This document shows positions 1 through 10,110 of a stretch of 64,000 nt of DNA, one piece after another. The translations under genes and the position numbers were made by a program. The notes under the pieces are model-generated. The model worked only from the letters and a program-made list of their open reading frames with translations, searched no databases and was not told the DNA's origin. The stretch lies in sequence record NC_070967.1. One strand, written 5' to 3'. Each line of letters starts with the position of its first letter. Position 1 is the first letter of the stretch.

Positions 1-26
1 AAATTCAGCATGACTTAACTTCTCGA

Positions 27-63
27 TAGGTTCACTTCACGTCCTTAAGGGATTCTTCTTTGA
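27..63 (+). promoter_or_regulatory. Bipartite promoter-like cassette, copy 1
   Basis: TAGGTTCACTT-N12-GGATTCTTCTTTGA, then SD AAGGAGG and ATG at 84. Confidence 0.8.
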
Positions 64-83
64 AGGGTCGAAGGAGGCCAGCT

Positions 84-356
84 ATGTTTTACACGATCAA
101 GAAGAACTCTGAGAATTCGGACTATAAAATCTCGTCGTTTAACGACTATGAAACTCATCCGAACAATACCTATGAATTGAAAGTCAGAGGTAGAGCAGTC
201 TATTGCAATTGTCCTGCAAGTAGACATGCTTGTCGTCACGTACAAATGTACTGGCGTACTAAAGAACAGAGTCTCCTTGATAAGCCTAACCTCATCGACT
301 TCACTAGCAATAGTGAAATGATTGTCAAACCTATCAAAGCTTTCATCGTGGAGTGA
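84..356 (+). CDS. SWIM-type zinc-finger protein
   Basis: YCNCP...ACRHV (CxC-x-CxH); start moved to ATG 84 behind SD AAGGAGG. Confidence 0.65.
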   Translation: MFYTIKKNSENSDYKISSFNDYETHPNNTYELKVRGRAVYCNCPASRHACRHVQMYWRTKEQSLLDKPNLIDFTSNSEMIVKPIKAFIVE

Positions 357-359
357 ATC

Positions 360-584
360 ATGGCTAAGCATACATGCTGCTGGGTAATCCGTCCTGCTTC
401 CTATAATAAGGAGACTGGTGAATCTGTTAAGGCTATCTATTGTGGTAAGCCTGTACGCTACAAGATTGAAATTGACGACGATATGAATAAACGTCGTAAG
501 TACAACAATCTTTGTGATACTCATCAGAAAGAGTCTGATGAGATTTCTAAGAATAATCCAGATGATGATTGGGATTTTACCTGA
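360..584 (+). CDS. Small Cys/His-containing hypothetical protein
   Basis: ORF packed between neighbours; CC, YCG and CDTH motifs. Confidence 0.6.
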   Translation: MAKHTCCWVIRPASYNKETGESVKAIYCGKPVRYKIEIDDDMNKRRKYNNLCDTHQKESDEISKNNPDDDWDFT

Positions 585-608
585 TCATCTACAGTAAAGG
601 AGAGTAGT

Positions 609-1124
609 GTGAAACTTATCGTAGCTGTTAGTCAGAATGATGTCATAGGTACAGAGTTGAATGGTAGACATATCATTCCCTGGAGTCTACCTTCTGATAT
701 GGCTAGATTTGCAAGATTGACAAGTAATCATACTCTGATATGTGGAAGGAGGACTTATGAATCTCTACCTTCCACTTTTGAATTAGGTAATCGAGATATT
801 ATCATTCTTACTAGAAAGAATAGAATGAAATCTTCTGATCCTCGTATTCGTTATGCGAGTAGTCGAACTGACGTCATGGAAATGATTCAAGGAGAGGAAG
901 ATCGTACTGCAGTCATTGGAGGATCTGAAGTTTATGCTCAGTTCGTCGATGATTGCGACGAGGTATGCATCACATTCGTTCAAGTAGAAGTTGAATACGG
1001 TACAGCATATTTTCCATCGAAGTTCTTGAAGTCAAATGGATGGACTCCGATGCTTACTCATATTGAACGTCATGTTGACGATGAGTACGATACTGTATTC
1101 CAACATTACAAGAGGTCGTCATGA
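609..1124 (+). CDS. folA: Dihydrofolate reductase
   Basis: IVAVSQNDVIG, IPWSLPSDMARFARLT, CGRRTYESLP, LGNR, VIGGSEVY; SD AAGGAG. Confidence 0.95.
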   Translation: MKLIVAVSQNDVIGTELNGRHIIPWSLPSDMARFARLTSNHTLICGRRTYESLPSTFELGNRDIIILTRKNRMKSSDPRIRYASSRTDVMEMIQGEEDRTAVIGGSEVYAQFVDDCDEVCITFVQVEVEYGTAYFPSKFLKSNGWTPMLTHIERHVDDEYDTVFQHYKRSS

Positions 1125-2398
1125 AGTATCATTTAGAGATTTTCAGTTTCATCAACGATCGTGATCGTCTGAAACGCGATAATCCTCTACTTCCTGCAGG
1201 TCCTGTACTGAAAGGAGAAACTCTGTACACTATTCGAGATATCGTGTCTGATCGGTATTTCAATTGGTGCTACATTCACCAGCACTCAGCTGAATTCATC
1301 ATGAAGAAGATGATGGAGAACTGGGAAGCTCATCCTGAGATGGTGGAGAGGAATCTGAAGTCGTCATTCTTACCGACTTATCAGAAATCTGTCCACTCCA
1401 CCCGTACACCTAGTGAATTGGAGGCTACGTTCCATGAAACTGATTAAAGGTAAGGACTACTACGATAGTGCTCTTGCATTCGGACGAGATGAGTCTATCA
1501 TCTTCGTACGTAAGAGTGAGACGCTGAGTCGTAAAGATGCCAGAGAGCGTCAACTATCCTATACAGGTATGCATTGGACTCCTACGATTTACATGAAGAA
1601 TCATCGAGGAGATACCATCAAGAAAGATATGAGCACATGGAAGCATCCTGATGGTCATTCTATAACGATGGATGCGATATCTATACTTCTTGCAGGTAAG
1701 CTTTATCGTGGACTGAAGACCACCAAGAAGGCTCACTGGACTCATGGTAGTCTATCTGACGAGATTGAGATCTTCTGGGCTAAGGACTCTTTCACAAGAT
1801 ACATGAACAAGCACGACATGTATCCGTTTCAGTCTGAGTCCTTCACTCATCCGAATTCTACGATTGACATGTACTTCTTGCCTGACAATCAGACTCAGCA
1901 GAAGACGATGGAGTTTATGATCGAACATAAGATGTCGATCATGACAGTTGACGATAGTGTAGGTGAGTGGCACGATCCTAATGGATATGTCGTCATCGAT
2001 GGAGATAACCTGAAGGACTACTGCTTGCAGAAGATCGTAGGTCCGTATACGGTTATGCAGGAATTGTCAATGTGGATCGGAGGAGTTCTTCCTAAGGATG
2101 GACCTCCTATGGTTCAGATCGAAGATGACAAGACCAAGATCAAGAAGCATGGCATGGATCGTTGGTCATTCAGAAAGATGGGATCTAAATCCAGATGACT
2201 GCAAGTGCACTTTTGAGAATCAAGGATTCGCATCTCGTCATTCCTCATATCATTCATGTATCTTCTGTCAGAGAAGATGGATTTGCTAAGATATATGAGG
2301 TGACGATGTCAAGCGGTTTGAGAATAGATATGCATGATAACATATTAACTAAAGAACGACTCCTAGAGGAGATCGAGGTTTACTGGAGGAATAGATAA
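1121..2398 (+). CDS. Three hypothetical CDS (1121-1447, 1434-2198, 2195-2398)
   Basis: Overlapping start/stop junctions; no recognisable motif. Confidence 0.65.
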
Positions 2399-3048
2399 TG
2401 GAAATTCGTAGGTTTATCGGAGACGTACACGGTAAGTACTCTCAGTACAAGAAGATCCTGAAGGAGTCTCCATATCCTACGATTCAAGTTGGTGATATGG
2501 GAGTAGGCTTCTACGAAAGAGATCGTGTTACTCATGAGATCAAGGCATCTGCCAATCCTCCGTATGATCTCATGGTGAAAGCTGAAGCTAGATTCGAAAG
2601 AGGTAATCATGATAATCCGAGAGTATGTAAGAATCATACTCAGTGGATTCCTGATGGCCATACAGAGACAATCGGTAAGTCTAAGGTCATGTTCATTGGA
2701 GGTGGCCTCAGTATCGATCGTGGAATGCGTATCGAAGGTGAATCTTGGTGGCCGGATGAAGAACTCAGTATGACTGAGTTGTATGATATGGTCGACAAGT
2801 ATGCTGAATATCGTCCAGACGTTATGGTAACTCATGACTGCCCAGACATTATGGCTGCTATTATCTTCGGTGTGACAGATAAAGGTAATTATCCATCACG
2901 TACTCGGCAGGCATTTCAATCTATGTTCGAGATCTATCAACCTAAATTGTGGATCTTTGGTCATTGGCATAGGTCAGCCAGGTATCATCACAACGGAACG
3001 AAATTCATATGCTTAGCAGAATTAGAATACTTGGATATCGAACTTTAA
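2398..3048 (+). CDS. Calcineurin-like metallophosphoesterase
   Basis: GDVHG, QVGDMG, RGNHD, THDCP, FGHWH. Confidence 0.9.
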   Translation: MEIRRFIGDVHGKYSQYKKILKESPYPTIQVGDMGVGFYERDRVTHEIKASANPPYDLMVKAEARFERGNHDNPRVCKNHTQWIPDGHTETIGKSKVMFIGGGLSIDRGMRIEGESWWPDEELSMTELYDMVDKYAEYRPDVMVTHDCPDIMAAIIFGVTDKGNYPSRTRQAFQSMFEIYQPKLWIFGHWHRSARYHHNGTKFICLAELEYLDIEL

Positions 3049-3052
3049 ATGA

Positions 3053-3115
3053 ACTCAGTGAATGCAGATTAGCGATACAGATAATGGCATTGCTAATCTG
3101 CATTGATTTCTGGGT
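3053..3115 (+). other. Long imperfect intergenic hairpin
   Basis: AATGCAGATTAGCGAT pairs with ATTGCTAATCTGCATT; basal ACTCAG/CTGGGT; no U-run. Confidence 0.7.
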
Positions 3116-3142
3116 AGCAGTCCTGAAATATGGTTTCAGACT

Positions 3143-4073
3143 ATGGTGAATAAGATGTTTCAAGACAACGTATCAAAGGTCCTCAAGCCTTCCTCTGAGT
3201 GGAGCGTTCTGAAGAACGTTACTGTTATGGATCCTGATGGATGGGATCGTCAGAACTTCGAGATCAGTTGGGATGAATTGATCTCTGAGGAAGAATTTGA
3301 TCGACGTGCAATGAGGTCAACTGTACTCTTTGTTAGGAAAGACGATGTTCAATCTGACATTAGCTAAATTTGTACTCGAAGCTCATAAGTCTGACAAAGA
3401 TATTACTAGTCGTAATGGATACGGTGGATACAATATCCACAAGGAGTCTTATGGATTTCTTCAGAAGATTGAGAAGAAGTTCGGAGCTAAGAGTGTAGCT
3501 GATCTCGAACGAATGATCAAGAAAGAAGAGACCAGACGTAAGACTCCTGTACCAGATCCTAATCCGATCTACAAGAATCAGCGTGCTCGGTATCGTCTTC
3601 TCAGAGACTATCTTGGAAATAGTTCAGACCTGAATGTTTACATCAGCAGCCAGGAATGGGACGTACATAACTATTTAGGTCAAGGATGGGTTGAGAAATT
3701 TAAGAGTGATTCCATTCTCCACCGTTGGTGCTGGAATGTGATGAAGCTCCAGTTTGATCTCGATGCTTTGATCATTAAGGTACGTACTCATTCTAATGTT
3801 GTAGGCTTCGAGAAAACTAATGAAGAGAATGATATCACCTGGACCGAGTTCGTCCTAGGTGAGCAAGCTCTCGATAAGTATATTGAAGTCCTAGAGATCC
3901 GTGCTAATCGTAAAGCTGAACGTGAGTACGAAGAGCATCAAGAATATCTTCGTCGTCTAGCTATTGAAGACTGGAAACGTGAACAGTTAGCTAAGATTCG
4001 TCTCGTACAGATCAGAGACGATGTCAAGGACAAATCTCGAGCTGACAAAAGGAAGAGGAGAGTAGCAGTATGA
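3143..4073 (+). CDS. Two hypothetical CDS (3143-3367, 3345-4073)
   Basis: Tight packing; the second has a charged, coiled-coil-like C-terminus. Confidence 0.65.
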
Positions 4074-4762
4074 CTAAGATTCGACATATTTCTTTCGACG
4101 TATGGAATACTCTAGTAATTCCTAATCCAGATTATGCCAGAGCACGATCCATGTACCTTGGTAAGGTATTCAATATGGTCTCGGAGGATGCTGCTAAGCT
4201 CTATTCGAGAGTTAAGAAATGGATCGATGAACTTGCTGTTCAGACTGGTATGGGTCCTGATGCTGAGAGCAATGTACTCATGCTTCTGAATATGGCTGAT
4301 CGTTATGCAGATCCTCAGGAGATCCTCATTAACTTTGAGAATCTTTTCTTCAAGTATCCTCCGATTATTCATCATGCAGTACGTGATGGACTTCGTGCAC
4401 TGAAGCATCATGGATATACGTTCTCTATCGCTAGCAATAGCAATTTCATATCTGGCAGAACGATGACTAAGTTCATTCATGCTGAATTTGGATGCATGGC
4501 TTATGAAGTTTACTCTGATCTCGAAGGTTATGCTAAGCCTCATCTCAGATTCTTTGAAGAAGTATTTCATGGTGCGAGGTTACAAGGTCTCGCAGACTAC
4601 TCGAGTGAAATTCTACATGTCGGAGATCACGAGATCTGTGATGTGAAGGGTGCAAACGACTACGGATTTAAGTCATTACTTTTCACCAATCCTGAAGATA
4701 TGTCCAAAGTTATTAAGAGAGTCCAGCAAAATGAACAACCACCAAGTGTATTATGCGCATAA
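4070..4762 (+). CDS. HAD-superfamily hydrolase
   Basis: Motif I FDVWNTL, motif II ASNS, AKP lysine, motif IV HVGDHEICD. Confidence 0.9.
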   Translation: MTKIRHISFDVWNTLVIPNPDYARARSMYLGKVFNMVSEDAAKLYSRVKKWIDELAVQTGMGPDAESNVLMLLNMADRYADPQEILINFENLFFKYPPIIHHAVRDGLRALKHHGYTFSIASNSNFISGRTMTKFIHAEFGCMAYEVYSDLEGYAKPHLRFFEEVFHGARLQGLADYSSEILHVGDHEICDVKGANDYGFKSLLFTNPEDMSKVIKRVQQNEQPPSVLCA

Positions 4763-5585
4763 ATTTACTTCGATGGAAGATCTTCCATTCGATGCTGTAG
4801 ACTATTGTGCTCTTAAGTTCGGATCTGACGAGGTAGCTCGTCGATTTGGATATGAATTAGCTGAGAAGTTCTTCGAGGAACATTCCAGTCGAATCGTGAC
4901 GAATCATTGTGCAGTGATTCCATCTCCTTATAACTTCGTACCTAATGCAGCAACCATTCTATCGAAGCATTTCATTAATCGTCTGAATGAACTCATCGTT
5001 GAGGTCAATGGCGATTACGTTGACTACGTTAGAATCCATCGTAAGGTCACATATACTGGTGACTTTGGTAAGCTCAATGAGGATGCTCGTCGAAAGCTTA
5101 TTGGACAGGATTCATTCTATGTCAACAAGCAGATTCTGAAGAATAAGCTCCTGATCTACTTGGACGACGTGATCATTACTGGTGCTCACGAAGATCGTCT
5201 CAAGGAAGTCATGGTCAAGAACAAGATGAAGAATGATTGTTTCTTCGTCTACTATGGTAAGTACTTCGGTACTGAACCTACGATCGAGAATAAGATCAAC
5301 TTCGGAGGTATTGAAACTGTCGAAGATTATGTTAATTTTATTACCGATCGAGATCATCTCATTGTTCGTCCGATCAAGTACCTTCTAAGTCTACCTAATG
5401 AACAATTTAAGTTCTATCTCAACAAGACAAGTAGAACTCGTCTTGAGGAACTATTCCACTCATGCTTAGGTGAAGGGTACAATCGTATTCCTCAGTACCA
5501 GGAGAATTTTGTAGCTCTGAGAGATCAGGTCAAGTATCTGTCTGAAGAGAATAGAGTATCTCGAATTTATGACAAGGTAGGTTAA
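4731..5585 (+). CDS. Phosphoribosyltransferase (ComF-related, PRTase_3-like)
   Basis: PRPP-binding loop LLIYLDDVIITGAH; N-terminal YCALKFGSD; VIPSPY; start placed at ATG 4731. Confidence 0.75.
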   Translation: MNNHQVYYAHKFTSMEDLPFDAVDYCALKFGSDEVARRFGYELAEKFFEEHSSRIVTNHCAVIPSPYNFVPNAATILSKHFINRLNELIVEVNGDYVDYVRIHRKVTYTGDFGKLNEDARRKLIGQDSFYVNKQILKNKLLIYLDDVIITGAHEDRLKEVMVKNKMKNDCFFVYYGKYFGTEPTIENKINFGGIETVEDYVNFITDRDHLIVRPIKYLLSLPNEQFKFYLNKTSRTRLEELFHSCLGEGYNRIPQYQENFVALRDQVKYLSEENRVSRIYDKVG

Positions 5586-5773
5586 TGATTAATAAAATTG
5601 AGATCACTGAGCAGGAGTCAATAGAATTCAAACTTGAATTCGATCTTGCTGAAGTACGTAAATCTAACTATGTTATGGTCCCTATCAGTCTAGCTCGTAA
5701 GATTGATGCGTACTTCACAGAGGAGTTCAAGCGTAATCCTACGTTTGATCCTACGACTAACACCTTCAAGTAA
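5585..5773 (+). CDS. Hypothetical protein
   Basis: TAATG overlap with the PRTase gene; followed by a terminator. Confidence 0.6.
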   Translation: MINKIEITEQESIEFKLEFDLAEVRKSNYVMVPISLARKIDAYFTEEFKRNPTFDPTTNTFK

Positions 5774-5779
5774 TCATCG

Positions 5780-5814
5780 GCCCTCATCTATGAAAGTAGG
5801 TGAGGGCTATTTTC
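5780..5814 (+). terminator. Putative intrinsic terminator
   Basis: GCCCTCATCTA-TGAAAG-TAGGTGAGGGC followed by TATTTTC. Confidence 0.7.
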
Positions 5815-5833
5815 ATGCATCATAGGTGGAACC

Positions 5834-6406
5834 ATGATCTTTAGTCTTAGTAATTCAGAATACTTCAGTCTTGCAGATGCAGTATGCACAGCTGAAGACT
5901 CTCAAGGTCGAGTACCTGTTGACAAGCACATTGTCAAGAAGCTCATTGCATATCTGGAAGCAGACAAGTACTTTAATCTCGGTACAGTATGTGTAGCATT
6001 ACTTCCTGTTGAGGATGGTCTTCTATTGATTCGTCGTAATCGTCAAGGTGACCCTGGATTCGGTATGCTAGCACTACCTGGAGGATTTCAGAAGGGTAGT
6101 AAAGCTCAGAATATGTACGATGCTGTCGTCGAAGAGGTACTGGAAGAGACTCGTATCCAAACTAAGCGAGATGACTACATACTCATGGATGGCGATACTG
6201 ATGAGTACGAACATAATGTTCTATTCTTCAGGCATATCGGTCTGCCAGGTAAAGCAGAAGACTACATCAAAGACTTTGTACCTCTTGACGATGAGGTATC
6301 TGAACTTGTTCATATCAAGAAGACTGTCGAGACAGCTTTCCCTATGCATACTCGAGCAATCGATAGATTCTTTCAGGACGAATTCATTAAAGATTTCCTC
6401 CCTTGA
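5834..6406 (+). CDS. Nudix hydrolase
   Basis: LLLIRR, ALPGGF and a variant Nudix box (VVEEVLEETRI). Confidence 0.85.
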   Translation: MIFSLSNSEYFSLADAVCTAEDSQGRVPVDKHIVKKLIAYLEADKYFNLGTVCVALLPVEDGLLLIRRNRQGDPGFGMLALPGGFQKGSKAQNMYDAVVEEVLEETRIQTKRDDYILMDGDTDEYEHNVLFFRHIGLPGKAEDYIKDFVPLDDEVSELVHIKKTVETAFPMHTRAIDRFFQDEFIKDFLP

Positions 6407-6407
6407 A

Positions 6408-6444
6408 TAGGTGCAGTTAGGTCCTTCGAAGGCTTCTTCTTTGT
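6408..6444 (+). promoter_or_regulatory. Promoter-like cassette, copy 2
   Basis: TAGGTGCAGTT-N12-GGCTTCTTCTTTGT, hairpin AAGGC/GCCTT, SD GCAGGAG, ATG 6494. Confidence 0.75.
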
Positions 6445-6493
6445 AAGGCCTTCGAGCCTTCTCCGTCATCGTCTTAAATCGCAGGAGATTGAA

Positions 6494-7860
6494 ATGAGCA
6501 TGCAGTTGGATACCTTGTTCCCGTATAAATTCCTTCACGACTACTGGTACTCTCAAGGGAGTATCATTCACTTCGGTCGTCAGTACTGGAAGCAGTACGG
6601 ATTCTGGAAGGTCGACGGTAAGATTCTTGTACGCGTCGATATGGAAGGTCAGGAGATACTTCCTCTCGAGACAGATACCATTCCTACGAATCCACGAGGA
6701 TGGCATCTCGTCCATAAGGTACCGAATCGGTTTATCGTCCAACCTGCTCTGATCTCCTACAATGCTAAGGCACTCGAGATCTATATGCTCGAGCCTGATG
6801 AAGTCGTCATTGAACGTGAACGACTTGCAGAAGAAGATCGTCAACGTAGAGTTCGTGAGTACGATGAATGGTACGCATCTGCTACTCCTCTGATGAGAAA
6901 GATGAGATCATTCGACTGGTCATTCAAGATGGCTGATCAGTCATACCCTGACAAGTATCGTCAGGAAGATGAAATCATCGCGGAGCTCGAGACTCTTCCA
7001 TACGAAGAAGCACTTGATCTCATGGCTAAGTATGGTGGAGGTCAGACTGATGGATCTGATAAGCCAGATTATCGTAAGTGCCCTGGATTTAAGTATCCAG
7101 ATGTAGCTCTTGTATCCTATAGTTACAAGGATCACAAGAAGGATTGCTGGGATAAGTGGTCTCTGGTTCGTAATGGAGTTGAGGATGTGATCTATGATGG
7201 TCCAGCTCGTCGCTACAAGTACGAGACAGATCATCTTGGGATCATCTTTGAGAAGTATCTCAAAACTGGTCTCATCACTCTCGATACTCCAATCTTCACT
7301 GATGGTCGTCAGTGGCTGACCGTAGGTGGACTTGAACAATTCAAGAAGAAGGATCAAGCAGCATGAGTCTCGCATCTCAAGCACATGCGGATAAGGTCAT
7401 TACTGAAGATGCTTATGGTAAGCCTCCAGTGAAGAATGAATTCATCGAATTCCTCGATGCTAGTAGCAAGGCAGTATCTGCTCCAGCTTTCTGGCATGCT
7501 CGAGGTATCGGATGCGAGTGGAATCTTCCATGCTTGGTCACAGGAGAGTATGATAAAGATGCTCTCATGGAGAACATCAGTGGATTCGTATCCACTCGTG
7601 AAGAAGGATATCGTGTCGTCAACATGTTCTTCGGTGGACGTGCTCGACTCGATGTGCGTAAGCATGAGCCTAACTATCTTCAGGTGAAGGTAGGAGTCAA
7701 GAAGGAACATCGAGAAGTTCTTGAACGACTCATGAAGGCTAATATAATCTCTGGTGGTATTCTTACCGTCAAGAATGTTATGTGGGCTATCGATCCTGAG
7801 AATCATCCAGGATACGATCCCATCAAGAAGCTCTTACAGACAGCGGAGTACTATAAATGA
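6494..7860 (+). CDS. Two hypothetical CDS (6494-7366, 7363-7860)
   Basis: SD, ATGA overlap, long ORFs with a phage-like codon pattern. Confidence 0.75.
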
Positions 7861-7937
7861 TTTAGATCTGAGAAAACTCGTCAACTCAACCTCAGTGAAA
7901 ATGTTAATAAATCTCAAGTGATTCAAGGAGAATCCAA

Positions 7938-8729
7938 ATGAATAATCCTTTCAGCAAATCCATGATGGATCGTATGTTCAAGCAGGTCGACGGTGTCGTC
8001 TGGGATCTGATGTCTGGTTCGAAGATCGGCATCAAGACGAAGGAAGGTATCGCTACCGTCGATCTCAATCTCGAAGAAGAGACTGTATCAGTAGCTCCTG
8101 TCAAGACGACTCGTCGTAAGGCAGGTGCAGAACCTGTAGCTCCTCTCGCTATTCCGACTCCGTCTCCGATCATGGAAGCTCCGGATGCTCAGGTCTCGAT
8201 CAATCTGTTCGATGACTTCGGTATGGCTCTGCCTGCATTCGCTCAGTCGACTCCTGTCGAGGCTATCGGTCTCGGTGATATGATCTGGAACTCTGCTCAG
8301 AATCGTGTCATGGGATGGGTCGTCAAGGTCAGTCCCAATCGTAAGAGCTTCAAGGTCCTCAAGACGGATGGTACTCGTAGCGAGTGGTCTCCTCCGAAGG
8401 TCAATGTACTCGGATTCGAGACTGGTACGATGGTCGTACGTTCTCTGATCAACATGCTTCCTGGTGGAGCTACTGGTCAGAATGGTCTGGAAGGCATGCA
8501 GTCGTCTCTCGGTCAGATGCTCATGATGTCGTCCATGATGGGTGGCAGTGAAGGTGACTCTGAGAACATGCTCAAGGACATCATGCCGATGATGCTCATG
8601 TCGCAGATGGGCATCGGTGGTGCTCAAGGTGGTATGGGTCAGATGATGCAGACCATGATGATGATGAAAATGATGGGTGGTATGAATCGCGGTAGCGGTG
8701 GTACCAAGCGTAGTTTTTTCGACAACTAA
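7938..8729 (+). CDS. Protein with Met/Gly-rich low-complexity C-terminal tail
   Basis: SD AAGGAG; tail GGMGQMMQTMMMMKMMGG; ends ...KRSFFDN* across a slippery site. Confidence 0.85.
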   Translation: MNNPFSKSMMDRMFKQVDGVVWDLMSGSKIGIKTKEGIATVDLNLEEETVSVAPVKTTRRKAGAEPVAPLAIPTPSPIMEAPDAQVSINLFDDFGMALPAFAQSTPVEAIGLGDMIWNSAQNRVMGWVVKVSPNRKSFKVLKTDGTRSEWSPPKVNVLGFETGTMVVRSLINMLPGGATGQNGLEGMQSSLGQMLMMSSMMGGSEGDSENMLKDIMPMMLMSQMGIGGAQGGMGQMMQTMMMMKMMGGMNRGSGGTKRSFFDN

Positions 8730-8790
8730 GCTCTGATTCTGGAGAGGATGGATCTCGGATTAGACTCCGAGATCTGTCTTCGGAGCTTAG
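8714..8790 (+). promoter_or_regulatory. Candidate programmed -1 ribosomal frameshift signal
   Basis: In-frame heptamer T TTT TTC (8714-8720), spacer GACAA, then hairpin 8726-8790 (about 11 bp outer and 14 bp inner stem, loop TTAGAC). Confidence 0.7.
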
Positions 8791-9157
8791 ACATCTCCGT
8801 ATCGTAGGAGAGACATATAGATCACGGTATGCACAGAATGTGTATCGTGATGTTAAAGAAAATGATCCAGTCATCCTCGAATGGGAGAAGACCAATCGTA
8901 TGGATGGATGTGCTCATAAGGTCTTCGTCTACGATCCAATGAATGAACGAGGTACCCATGTAGGGTATATCGATCGAAATCAAGCAGCTAGGATTGTTAG
9001 TGAACTTGCCAAGTATAAATACACTGAGAAGACTCATCGTATTGTTGGTAAGATCACGAGAGACAATCCTGGTAAGTACAACGAAATCGAGATACTAGGA
9101 CTCATCAGCACTACAGAGTCTGAACAGCATCTCAAAGATTATTATAGAAGGAAATAA
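8714..9157 (+). CDS. HIRAN-domain module, probably expressed as the -1 frameshift extension of 7938-8729
   Basis: -1 frame open from 8714: LRIVGETYR...VKENDPVILEWEKTNRMDGCAHKV...HVGYIDRNQAARI matches the HIRAN pattern; the ORF-track start GTG 8840 cuts off the first HIRAN strand. Confidence 0.7.
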   Translation, partial: FFRQLSSDSGEDGSRIRLRDLSSELRHLRIVGETYRSRYAQNVYRDVKENDPVILEWEKTNRMDGCAHKVFVYDPMNERGTHVGYIDRNQAARIVSELAKYKYTEKTHRIVGKITRDNPGKYNEIEILGLISTTESEQHLKDYYRRK

Positions 9158-9161
9158 CCAC

Positions 9162-10085
9162 ATGGGTGGCGGACGTTTTGATACTAATGCATATGCAAGC
9201 CTGTCGACTGCTCGTACAGTTCGTACTGACGGTACCCGTATGCATCACACTGAAGTCTTCAGGGCTAAGGTCGTGGATAGCAAGTTCTCTCCTCGTAGCA
9301 TCAAGGTACGTGAGTCGGTTGACTCGGAGACATCTCCGAATTCTCGTCCGATCATCGTCGGTCTTGACTTCAGTGGATCGATGGGATCGATTGCAGGTGA
9401 GATGGCTAACAATCAGCTTGGTAAGCTGATGGAGAATGTCGTTGGTACGAAGGCAGTAGCTGATCCTCATCTGCTGTTCCTCGGTATCGATGACGTTCAT
9501 GCATCCTTCTCGTCTGAATCTCTTCAGGCTACTCAGTTCGAAGCTGATATTCGTATCGCTGAACAGCTGACTGAACTGAAGAATATCGGTCGAGGTGGAG
9601 GTAATGGATTCGAATCCTACAATCTCGCATGGTACTTCGCTGCATACAAGACGAAGATCGACTCCTTCAAGAAGCGTGGTAAGAAGGGACTCCTCTTCAC
9701 TATCGGCGATGAAGGTGTACCTGCAGATCTGAATGCATCTCATCTTGAGACTGTCTTCGGATCAGGTGATCTTCCTGTTCTCAGCAACGATACTCTCCTG
9801 AGCACTGTTCGTCAGGAATGGGATGTATTCCACATCATTGCTGAGGAAGGTGACTACTGCAGAAATGGTAGTAGCCATGTCAGCAGGCAGTGGTATGGTC
9901 TCCTCGGCAATCGTGCTATTCTGATGAGCGACTATCGCTACGTCTCGGATATCATCGTTGCTACGATCGCTGTCAATGAAGGTCGTGATCCGGATGATCT
10001 CCTGTCTTCTTACGAGGACAAGGAAGCTCGTAAGGTTATCGAGCGTGCACTCTACGGTATGCGAGATTTCGCTAAGTCTCTGTAA
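9162..10085 (+). CDS. vWA-domain protein
   Basis: MIDAS-like IIVGLDFSGSMG, GGGGNGFESY, LFTIGDE; N-terminal MGGGRF. Confidence 0.85.
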   Translation: MGGGRFDTNAYASLSTARTVRTDGTRMHHTEVFRAKVVDSKFSPRSIKVRESVDSETSPNSRPIIVGLDFSGSMGSIAGEMANNQLGKLMENVVGTKAVADPHLLFLGIDDVHASFSSESLQATQFEADIRIAEQLTELKNIGRGGGNGFESYNLAWYFAAYKTKIDSFKKRGKKGLLFTIGDEGVPADLNASHLETVFGSGDLPVLSNDTLLSTVRQEWDVFHIIAEEGDYCRNGSSHVSRQWYGLLGNRAILMSDYRYVSDIIVATIAVNEGRDPDDLLSSYEDKEARKVIERALYGMRDFAKSL

Positions 10086-10110
10086 TCTGCTCCAATAATC
10101 TTGGACTGAA

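Noticed and set aside
4731-6406. NAD reconstitution pathway (NARP1/NARP2)
   Set aside because: No Nampt/Namat, NMNAT or PRPP-synthetase-like motifs were recognised.
8840-9157. Stand-alone gene starting at GTG 8840, or at ATG 8748/8829
   Set aside because: GTG 8840 has no properly spaced SD and removes the first HIRAN strand; the two ATGs are in other frames and close quickly.
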